Sequence record: NC_001338.1
Length of the DNA stretch: 15,465 bases
Reading direction: 5' to 3' (one strand)
Position numbers and translations under genes: made by a program
The notes under the pieces: model-generated
What the model saw: only the letters and a program-made list of their open reading frames with translations
The model's database searches: none
What the model was told of the DNA's origin: nothing
Shown: piece by piece, positions 7,431 to 15,230 of the stretch
Position numbering within the stretch: the first letter of the stretch is position 1
Layout of the letters: every line of letters begins with the position of its first letter

Positions 7431-7816
7431 CGGAGTCAGACGTTGACTCAGGTAGTAAAAAATACCTGAGTAACCATAAGGGGATTTTTATTCATGTCAC
7501 ACTGGAAGAGTTAAAGCGTTACCACCAACTTACGCCGGAACAGAAGAGGTTGATAAGGGCAATCGTCAAAACGCTTATTCATAACCCGCAACTGTTGGAT
7601 GAAAGCAGTTATCTTTACAGATTGCTCGCGAGTAAAGCGATTTCACAGTTTGTCTGCCCGCTTTGTCTAATGCCCTTCAGCTCTTCCGTATCACTAAAGC
7701 AACACATCCGTTATACTGAACACACAAAGGTTTGCCCGGTGTGTAAAAAGGAGTTTACCTCAACCGATTCAGCCCTAGACCATGTTTGCAAAAAGCATAA
7801 TATCTGCGTTAGTTAG
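7427..7816 (+). CDS. b129: B129, helical N-terminus plus two C2H2 zinc fingers
   Basis: CPLC-x12-H-x5-H and CPVC-x12-H-x4-H. Confidence 0.92.
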   Translation: MTESDVDSGSKKYLSNHKGIFIHVTLEELKRYHQLTPEQKRLIRAIVKTLIHNPQLLDESSYLYRLLASKAISQFVCPLCLMPFSSSVSLKQHIRYTEHTKVCPVCKKEFTSTDSALDHVCKKHNICVS

Positions 7817-7817
7817 G

Positions 7818-7851
7818 CTCTTTTTAAAGTCTACCTTCTTTTTCGCTTACA
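7818..7851 (+). promoter_or_regulatory. T3 promoter (leaderless a291) overlapping the upstream terminator
   Basis: tttttaaa 7821-7828, ~25 nt before ATG 7852; T-run ~7839-7843. Confidence 0.85.
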
Positions 7852-8727
7852 ATGAGGAAGTCCCTTCTAGCCCTACTAACCCTATCCCTAGCGTTACTAT
7901 CGTTTTTAATAACACCATCGATGGCATTGAATTCTGGCGGTTCACCGATACCGATATATTATAACTATTATAACTACTATAGCCTTAACGCAGAAGGGTT
8001 TGGATTCAGTTTCAATAATAGCAATAATTGGGTTGAAACGAACTTTATCTCAATAACCATAAACTTACCTAGTTCATTACCAAATAACTATCAAATCAAT
8101 AATGCCTATTCTATCGTAGTAGGATTATCACCATATCCGGTTAGCAATATAAACATTTTTAATAGCCCATTAGAAGCATATGTTGAACTATTCTCAAACC
8201 CACCGAATACATATCCAAATGAAATAGGATTTGTAGTTAGTTACGGCTCAACTGTATTTTATAGTTATACCACACTGTATAGCAGTTTTGCGGGCACACA
8301 ACTAACAATAACTATATCATATACCGGAAATGGGTTTGGTGTGCAATTCTCTGACAGTAACGGGTTCTCTCACTCAGTTTCGGTAAGTTCGGTAAACTTT
8401 GTACCATATGGTGCTCTAATACTCGGATCACTAATCCCGAACGGGAACTATTACTACTACCCAGTAGGTAACATGTTACCGAATGCATCGGTGAACTTCT
8501 CATATACGATCTCAAGTTTCACAATAGAAGGAAACCCGGCCACATCCGTCGATATTACCACACTTGGATTAGAAGGAAACACTGCAATATATACTTCAAG
8601 TAGCAATTGGTTCAAATGGGTATCCGGTAGTGTGGTTATCACAAATGCCGTTGCCTATACCTATACCGATTTGGCTAGAATAGGAGGAAGTGCACAAATA
8701 AACTATACTGCATCGCAGCTATATTAA
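7852..8727 (+). CDS. a291: A291, predicted secreted glycoprotein
   Basis: Signal-peptide-like MRKSLLALLTLSLALLSFLITPSMA; N/S/T/Y-rich; sequons NNS, NAS, NFS, NYT; no C-terminal anchor. Confidence 0.92.
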   Translation: MRKSLLALLTLSLALLSFLITPSMALNSGGSPIPIYYNYYNYYSLNAEGFGFSFNNSNNWVETNFISITINLPSSLPNNYQINNAYSIVVGLSPYPVSNINIFNSPLEAYVELFSNPPNTYPNEIGFVVSYGSTVFYSYTTLYSSFAGTQLTITISYTGNGFGVQFSDSNGFSHSVSVSSVNFVPYGALILGSLIPNGNYYYYPVGNMLPNASVNFSYTISSFTIEGNPATSVDITTLGLEGNTAIYTSSSNWFKWVSGSVVITNAVAYTYTDLARIGGSAQINYTASQLY

Positions 8728-8734
8728 GCAAAAT

Positions 8735-8752
8735 CTTTTTTTACCTCTTTTT
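8735..8752 (+). terminator. Oligo-T terminator after a291
   Basis: ctttttttacctcttttt. Confidence 0.75.
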
Positions 8753-8765
8753 AAATCTGTCTTAT

Positions 8766-9140
8766 ATGAAAAAACTGTTTACAGTTGTAGGTTCTATTTT
8801 CTCTGGTTTGGGGATTTGGCTTAAGTCAATAGACCAGTCATTTTATTTAACGAAAGTATTGTATAACGGAAAAGTAATTGAAATAGTTCTAACGCCCGAG
8901 ACAAATGAAGTCGTGAAATCTTCCAACGGTGTTATGAACGCAAGTGTAACTTCTCTACCTTCCACAATTCTATACCAAGCACAATCCGTGCCTTCAATAA
9001 ATGGAGGAACTCTTAGTGTAATAAATACCACAGTTCAACCGCCATGGTATGCTAACTTATGGCCTGAAGTCTTAACAATAGGTATAGTGATGTTGGGAAT
9101 TGCAATATTCAGCTGGATTAAACTTAAATTTAGAAGATAG
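8766..9140 (+). CDS. c124: C124, small membrane-anchored protein
   Basis: Hydrophobic N-terminus, sequons NAS and NTT, C-terminal helix followed by KLKFRR. Confidence 0.9.
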   Translation: MKKLFTVVGSIFSGLGIWLKSIDQSFYLTKVLYNGKVIEIVLTPETNEVVKSSNGVMNASVTSLPSTILYQAQSVPSINGGTLSVINTTVQPPWYANLWPEVLTIGIVMLGIAIFSWIKLKFRR

Positions 9141-9173
9141 CCCTTTTTAAAGCCATAAATTTTTTATCGCTTA
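9141..9173 (+). promoter_or_regulatory. Promoter of the c792 operon (leaderless)
   Basis: tttttaaa 9144-9151, ~25 nt before ATG 9174; T-run 9160-9165. Confidence 0.85.
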
Positions 9174-11552
9174 ATGAAGTGGGGACTATTATTCTTAATA
9201 ATGTTTATATCCATTTTTTCCCTCAACTCTTTAGCCCTATTAATCGGCGGAGGAGGGCCCAACAATAATGGTGCGGGAGTTTACACTCAGACTATAACAG
9301 TTAACGGAGGAACCGTACGAACTACTCTTAACGGTTCAACGCTTTCTACCGCACCATGGCTCAACCCCTCTTACGTAAGCGTCTACAACACATACTACCT
9401 TCAGGTTTTGCCGAACCAAGAGTATATTGACAACAACGTTTCGTTATCCCTAAATACGGCTAACATTGCGTTAAACGTCACTTGGTTATTGGCGTCCTCA
9501 AGCAATACGGGATCCTACGGTGCAATCGCCATAGGCTACGGAGTGAACTTTCCCGCGGGGTTTGTCAATAACTACGGTCCTTCCGCACCTTACACGCCGG
9601 ACGGAATCGTAATATATCTCATGAAAGGAGGCATGCCGACCTATCGTTTATTCGTATACTTCAATGGAGTTGAGCAGTTAAACGTTTCAGTCGGGTCAAT
9701 CAGTGTGGGACAAAAAATAGGTTTAGGGTTCTTTTATCTACAGAACACACTTTACGTTTACTACTATAACGGTACTTTAAAGACTTGGTCATTAACGCCC
9801 GGTACGCTGATTACTATAAATAGTAATTACGTTATAGACGCACAGAATATAGGGCCGGGCTACGGCTACGGTCAATGGGTAATAGTTAATTATCAATATG
9901 CGATGCCGGTTACTGCACAACTGACGGTTAGTTATTTCGCATTAGGGTACAATGTATATCATTTCTTAATGGCTTATGCGGGTGCTGGAAACCCGGTAAA
10001 CATAACTGCGAATAACGGGGCTTCTTACAGTATAACGGGTATAGTTGCAGAGAAGAACTTTACGATAACGGGAATTCAGCAAGGCCTAGCCTATGCTTTC
10101 AGCTTGTTAGGGAAACCGAATGGCTTATACTTATTATATATGGGGCCAATTGAGGGCAGCCCACCAACGTGGTATGTAAACGTAACCGTAGGGCTTCAGA
10201 TCGTTACACCCCAGAAAACGATAAACTACAACTTAACAATACCAGTAATCGTTGAGGGCTATGCGTTATACCCTTCTGTTAACGTACCTTCCGGAACTTA
10301 CCTAAGCGGACAGACTATTAGCTTTACCCTCTCATCGTTCTTGGGATACCCTTCAGGCTTAGGCTATTACACCGCAGTAAATCTAATCGCAAACGTAACA
10401 ATAAACGGTGTGAGTCATGCTATCCCCTATAGTTTCACCCCGATAGTGCAAACCCCGATAACTTATTACTACACTGTTATAGTGGATGAAGGACAATTTG
10501 CATTAATAGATTATCAAGGGAGTTTCACAGTCCTACCCGCACAGAGTCAGCCCGTGATATTCATTACTTCTTATCCTAGAATTGGGCTATTAGGACAAAC
10601 GATAACTGTGACTTTCCAGTTCACTTATAATAGTCCCGTAGCGAATGTAACTCAATCAGCGTTTACGCAATCATCTAATATTCTCGCTTTTGCCTATGCG
10701 AAAATGGTAACAACAAACGCTATAGTTCAGTTCAAGGCGTATTGGCTAAGTGCTAATGACGGGTTGGTGATTATAACTCAAACGAATAACTATCTAATTC
10801 CGTTTAATAGCAGTATAACGGGCTTAAACTTCGCAAACAATAGTGTTAATACGTTAACGTTTCAGATTGTAACGGGTAACTATGTACAAATAACTAGCTC
10901 AGCGGGAGGCGTGCTTACCCTAAGCAATACTAGTCCGATTATAGGAATAGGGTTCTATTACGGTTCCGGTGTCCTACACCTGAACTGGTTCTTCGTTAGC
11001 GGTATCATTTTGCAGTCTGCAACGGCAAATCAGGCTTACGTTATTTTGACGGGGACTAACCCAAATACGCTTTCACAGTATACGACGGGCTATACTAACG
11101 CTTCGGGGTTCGGTACTGTAACGCTGAAGTTGAGTTACACTCCTTACGAACTTGTGGATGTAGACTGGTACGGCGTTACATACGCTTTGTTAAACATTAG
11201 CGTTTCAAACACTACTACAGTAAGCAGTACTACGACCGTGAACACAACAACGCTTAACTATAACTACACTAAGCCTTTCAGCAATAACATAGCACCTAAC
11301 AGTCAGCTTTATGACTTCTCAGCGTATCAGCCGTGGGCGGAAATTATCGGGATTGTGGTCGTGGTCGTCATAGCTCTGCTGGGCTGGAAGTTCGGCGGGT
11401 CTGCGGGAGCTTCGGGTGGTGCGGTTATGGGGTTAATCGCAGTCAGCTACTTAGGTTTACTGCCTTGGTACCTATTCTACATCTTCGTATTCGGTATCGC
11501 TCTATTACTTGCTAAAGTATTTGTAGACCGTTTCATGGGGAGGGAGGAATGA
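9174..11552 (+). CDS. vp4 (c792): C792 / VP4, tail (adsorption) glycoprotein
   Basis: Signal peptide; beta-rich T/N/G/Y ectodomain with ~19 N-x-S/T sequons by my count; Thr-rich stalk; three C-terminal hydrophobic helices. Confidence 0.95.
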
Positions 11553-11785
11553 CGGACGCAATCAGTTTAGCCTTGCAAACGGGCTTAGGGCCGGTGGTAG
11601 GGGTAATTATCATACTGGCAATGATGGGGCTAACGTATAAGATAGCGGGAAAGATCCCGGCAATCATAACGGGAATAGCCTCGGCTTTCGTCCTAATGTT
11701 TATGGATTTTTTACCGTTATTTTGGGGTATCGCAATAATCTTCGGGTTAATCGCGGGTATGGTGGTGACAAGGGATGGGGACTAA
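11549..11785 (+). CDS. b78: B78, three-helix membrane protein
   Basis: ATGA-coupled to vp4; almost entirely hydrophobic. Confidence 0.9.
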
Positions 11786-12275
11786 GTTAGTCGTTTACGT
11801 CTTATTGTTTGACGTCTTCCTATCGTTAGTGGTAGGTGCCTACTCGGGTATAGCACCGCCAAGTATTCCACCGGTACCTACATATGCTTCAGCCCAACTC
11901 ACGGCAAGTCTAATCACATGGACAGTGGGATGGCCTCCTATTACATTATGGCCTCAGATAACGCTTATTCCGCCGTTTTCGATTTTGGGTGCAAACTTCC
12001 CCGGCTTAACCATTCCTAGCTTAACGATACCCGGTGTAACGCTCTTCTCAATAAGCTTCAGCTGGTTAGCCCCAATTATTTATATTGCAAATTGGATCAT
12101 TTGGGTCTTTCAGACTGTTGCTAGTGTGCTATCTTATTTACTTAATATCTTTACGGGTTCGGTAGGTCTATTGAGTAGTGTACCCGTCTTAGGGCCATTT
12201 TTGACCGCCTTCGTGTTGATAGTTAACTTCGTGTTAGTGTGGGAATTAATCAAGTTAATTAGGGGGTCGGAATGA
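11775..12275 (+). CDS. c166: C166, Pro-rich membrane protein, probable minor virion protein
   Basis: N- and C-terminal hydrophobic helices around a Pro/Ile/Thr-rich repeat segment. Confidence 0.9.
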   Translation: MGTKLVVYVLLFDVFLSLVVGAYSGIAPPSIPPVPTYASAQLTASLITWTVGWPPITLWPQITLIPPFSILGANFPGLTIPSLTIPGVTLFSISFSWLAPIIYIANWIIWVFQTVASVLSYLLNIFTGSVGLLSSVPVLGPFLTAFVLIVNFVLVWELIKLIRGSE

Positions 12276-12619
12276 CGGAGTATAACGCAAACAGTATAAG
12301 GGCTAAGATACTGAGGCGTAAAATCCTTCAACTGATTGCGGAAAACTACGTTTTGTCAGCGTCGTTAATCTCTCACACACTCTTACTCTCATACGCCACA
12401 GTGCTTAGGCACTTGCGTATCCTTAACGATGAGGGCTATATCGAATTGTATAAGCAAGGTAGGACGCTATACGCAAAAATCCGCGATAATGCGAAACAAA
12501 TTCAGATTCTGAATTCAGAACTGGAGGGGTTTAAAAACGTAAGCGGGAAGCCGATATTGACCAAGGATGAGACTCCTAAGGAGTTTGGCAAGAAAGATAG
12601 CCTCACTCAAAGAGGCTAA
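12272..12619 (+). CDS. b115: B115, ArsR-like winged-helix regulator
   Basis: [37 protein letters not shown]. Confidence 0.92.
   Translation: MTEYNANSIRAKILRRKILQLIAENYVLSASLISHTLLLSYATVLRHLRILNDEGYIELYKQGRTLYAKIRDNAKQIQILNSELEGFKNVSGKPILTKDETPKEFGKKDSLTQRG
12507..12560 (+). promoter_or_regulatory. Capsid-gene (T1/T2) promoter inside b115
   Basis: tttaaaaa 12530-12537; upstream 14-bp palindrome ttctgaattcagaa 12507-12520. Confidence 0.75.
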
Positions 12620-13001
12620 GGTTGCACTAAAAGTAGCAAGCGACCCCAGAAAGTACTTCAACGAAGAACAGATGACTGAGGCTTACAGGATATTCTGGCA
12701 GACATGGGACGGGGACATAATTAGAAGTGCTAGAAGGTTCGTGGAAGTAGCAAAGGCAAACCCCAAGCTCACAAAAGGTGAAGCAACCAACATAGGCGTA
12801 TTGTTGGGCTTATTCATCTTCATACTAATAGGTATAGTACTATTGCCCGTAATCGTTAGCCAAGTCAACAACCTCACAAGCGGTACTTCACCCCAAGTAA
12901 CCGGTACTAACGCCACACTCCTGAACTTAGTGCCGTTATTCTATATCCTAGTCCTCATAATAGTCCCCGCAGTCGTGGCGTATAAGATATACAAAGACTG
13001 A
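12567..13001 (+). CDS. vp1: VP1 major capsid protein precursor; mature 73-aa form starts at EATNIG
   Basis: Two hydrophobic helices with sequons NLT and NAT; Glu72 to the end is 73 aa, matching the recalled mature length. TTG at 12585 (138 aa) is an alternative start. Confidence 0.96.
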   Translation: MRLLRSLARKIASLKEAKVALKVASDPRKYFNEEQMTEAYRIFWQTWDGDIIRSARRFVEVAKANPKLTKGEATNIGVLLGLFIFILIGIVLLPVIVSQVNNLTSGTSPQVTGTNATLLNLVPLFYILVLIIVPAVVAYKIYKD

Positions 13002-13272
13002 GGTGTGAGGGATGGAAATCAGTTTAAAGCCAATCATTTTTTTGGTCGTTTTTATCATCGTAGGGATAGCACTATTCGGCCCTATAAACAGTGTTGTAAA
13101 TAACGTTACCACATCGGGAACCTACACTACTATAGTTTCCGGTACTGTTACTACGTCTTCATTTGTGTCAAATCCGCAATACGTAGGTAGCAATAACGCT
13201 ACTATCGTAGCCTTAGTGCCGTTATTCTATATCCTAGTCCTCATAATAGTCCCCGCAGTCGTGGCGTATAAG
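12926..13272 (+). repeat. 61-bp perfect direct repeat shared by vp1 (12926-12986) and vp3 (13212-13272)
   Basis: Both copies encode [20 protein letters not shown] with no synonymous change. Confidence 0.97.
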
Positions 13273-13290
13273 TTGTATAAGGAGGAGTGA
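13012..13290 (+). CDS. vp3: VP3 minor capsid protein, paralog of VP1
   Basis: Two hydrophobic helices; C-terminal helix identical to VP1. Confidence 0.96.
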   Translation: MEISLKPIIFLVVFIIVGIALFGPINSVVNNVTTSGTYTTIVSGTVTTSSFVSNPQYVGSNNATIVALVPLFYILVLIIVPAVVAYKLYKEE

Positions 13291-13291
13291 T

Positions 13292-13516
13292 ATGAAGTGG
13301 GTGCAAAAGGCGATAAAGAGACCCGGGAGGGTACATCGCTACCTTATGAGGCTCTACGGCAAACGGGCGTTTACAAAAGACGGTGACATAAAGGCAAGTT
13401 ATCTCGATAAGGCGATAAAGCACGTTAAAAAAGCTAAGATCCCGAAAGAGAAGAAACGTAGTTTACTGTCAGCCCTACTGTTAGCGAAAAGGCTTAAGCG
13501 GATGCACCGCAAGTAG
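13292..13516 (+). CDS. vp2: VP2 basic DNA-binding virion protein
   Basis: Very K/R-rich 74 aa; ggaggagtga SD. Confidence 0.94.
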   Translation: MKWVQKAIKRPGRVHRYLMRLYGKRAFTKDGDIKASYLDKAIKHVKKAKIPKEKKRSLLSALLLAKRLKRMHRK

Positions 13517-13551
13517 GCCCTTTATAAAGTCATATTCTTTTTCTTTCCCTG
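13517..13551 (+). promoter_or_regulatory. T9 promoter (leaderless a82) overlapping the capsid-operon terminator
   Basis: tttataaa 13521-13528; T-rich tract 13535-13546; ATG 13552. Confidence 0.85.
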
Positions 13552-13800
13552 ATGAGTGCGTTAGGGGATGTAATCTACATCTTGGGTTTTCTCTTTCCGG
13601 CTTTAGGGCTAATCAGCCGAAACTATCTTGTTAACTTAATGGCATTCATAATAGGAACAGTCGCCTTTTTGGTCTTCGTCCAAGGCTATACCGATATAGC
13701 GTTCAGCAGTTCGACGTTTTACTTAGGAGTACTGCCTCTACTACTTGGTCTCGTCAACTTAGGCTATTTCTTCAATTGGTTGAGGGAGGAAAGGATATGA
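13552..13800 (+). CDS. a82: A82, small multi-pass membrane protein
   Basis: Three hydrophobic segments; basic/acidic C-terminus. Confidence 0.9.
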   Translation: MSALGDVIYILGFLFPALGLISRNYLVNLMAFIIGTVAFLVFVQGYTDIAFSSSTFYLGVLPLLLGLVNLGYFFNWLREERI

Positions 13801-14051
13801 GGTGGGGTAGAAGAGATGATAGGGATACCGGCAAAATACTTCGAAATAGGAGTCGTAATAGATTCAACATTTATCATTATGTCTCTACTGTTAAGAAAGT
13901 CAAAGAGACAGAGAGAGAACTCCTTCGACTTACGCAAACATGGAAGGCTATTAGGCTTATATCTTATAATAGCGTCGGCATCAGCATTAATCGTCTCACA
14001 TCTCGCCTTATACACAAACTACATGAACTACTTAACGGGCTTATCTCTTAA
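13797..14051 (+). CDS. c84: C84, basic ORF overlapping a92 in another frame; coding status uncertain
   Basis: ATG 13797 overlaps the a82 stop (ATGA) with gagggagga upstream; 84 aa. Confidence 0.4.
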   Translation: MRWGRRDDRDTGKILRNRSRNRFNIYHYVSTVKKVKETERELLRLTQTWKAIRLISYNSVGISINRLTSRLIHKLHELLNGLIS

Positions 14052-14094
14052 TGCGTTTCTGTTTTATCTTGGGTTGAGGTGTTTGCATGTCTGA
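13816..14094 (+). CDS. a92: A92, membrane protein
   Basis: Three hydrophobic segments; gaggtgggg SD; 8-nt overlap with b277. Confidence 0.75.
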   Translation: MIGIPAKYFEIGVVIDSTFIIMSLLLRKSKRQRENSFDLRKHGRLLGLYLIIASASALIVSHLALYTNYMNYLTGLSLNAFLFYLGLRCLHV

Positions 14095-14920
14095 TGGGAA
14101 ACTCCTTTCTGCTTTCGAGGAGGAATTAAGAAAAGCCCAAAGCCTAGAGGAATTAAAGCAAAAGTATGAGGAAGCCCAAAAACAAATAGCTGACGGCAAA
14201 GTACTAAAGAGGCTATACAAGGTTTATGAGAAAAGGCAAACAGAATTAATGCTTCAGCAATATAGGCAGATAAAGGCTGAACTGGAAAAGAGGAAAAAGG
14301 TAAAGAAAAAGGATAAAGCCGACATAAGGGTTAGAGTAGTAAAGAAGTGGATAAATTCACGCTTATTCAGTGCTGAGCATTACGTCGCATTACTGCAAGA
14401 AAATCAAGACGGCTTATCGATACTATTTCTAAGAAGAGCAAAACTTATAGAAAATCAAGGCTATCTAATGCTAGAAGTGAAGAAGTTAAGGAAGGCATGG
14501 GTTTTAACGGCTGAACCTATACTCCTTGAAAGGTTAAAATTCCCATTCGGCAAAAAGTTTGTAGCCGTGCATTTCGTTTTACCCAATTATCCTTACACAC
14601 TTCAGCTTAAACCGGATGAAAAACTGAAAGAGTTAGCAGTTAAGGCGATAAACGGGCCTCAAATAATGAGCGCAATGATACGTACAAAGTTCTTCGAAGC
14701 GTTAGCTAGGGTAGGAAGCGGGCCTGATCTGATGATGCTCATAATCGGCGTTGTCATGGGGATTGGCATAGGCGTAGCGATAGGTTTCGGTATAGCTAAC
14801 GCAAACTTAACGCATTTGCTATCTCAACACGTTACGAACACTACAGTGACACATACTACGACCACAACGACTTCACCCTCATTCACGATTCCCTCAAACT
14901 CCTCAAAAGGGGTGAGCTAA
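14087..14920 (+). CDS. b277: B277, basic cytoplasmic domain, Gly-rich transmembrane helix, Thr-rich tail
   Basis: N-terminal coiled-coil-like region; IIGVVMGIGIGVAIGFGIA; VTNTTVTHTTTTTTSPS. Confidence 0.9.
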   Translation: MSDGKLLSAFEEELRKAQSLEELKQKYEEAQKQIADGKVLKRLYKVYEKRQTELMLQQYRQIKAELEKRKKVKKKDKADIRVRVVKKWINSRLFSAEHYVALLQENQDGLSILFLRRAKLIENQGYLMLEVKKLRKAWVLTAEPILLERLKFPFGKKFVAVHFVLPNYPYTLQLKPDEKLKELAVKAINGPQIMSAMIRTKFFEALARVGSGPDLMMLIIGVVMGIGIGVAIGFGIANANLTHLLSQHVTNTTVTHTTTTTTSPSFTIPSNSSKGVS

Positions 14921-14921
14921 A

Positions 14922-15230
14922 ATGGTCTCAGTAACAGAAATAATAACATATGGACGAGAAGCAATAGAAAGAATAATATGCAAATATTTTAAAGATTCGA
15001 AAATAGAAAAGATATTATTCTTGCCGAGTGAGGAAGACGTAAAGGCAAAATATATCATTGGACGGGTAGGGTTTATAAGGATTAGTAATACGTGGTCTGG
15101 AATTGTCGTAGTTGACGGGGTACAAATACCTTTCGTTGCTGAAGTCCACCTTAATGGCAAGATTGATATTTACCTTTATCCTCAAAAGGACTTCTACTTA
15201 GCACATTTGGTGGGTGAGCTGAATGGCTAA
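14922..15230 (+). CDS. c102a: 102-aa protein of unknown function (a/b suffix recalled, not certain)
   Basis: GGGTGAG SD at the b277 end; 8-nt overlap with a154. Confidence 0.85.
   Translation: MVSVTEIITYGREAIERIICKYFKDSKIEKILFLPSEEDVKAKYIIGRVGFIRISNTWSGIVVVDGVQIPFVAEVHLNGKIDIYLYPQKDFYLAHLVGELNG

Noticed and set aside
8745-8755. ctctttttaaa as the TATA box of c124
   Set aside because: Matches the a291 promoter but is only ~10 nt before the ATG, too close; I could not place the c124 promoter.
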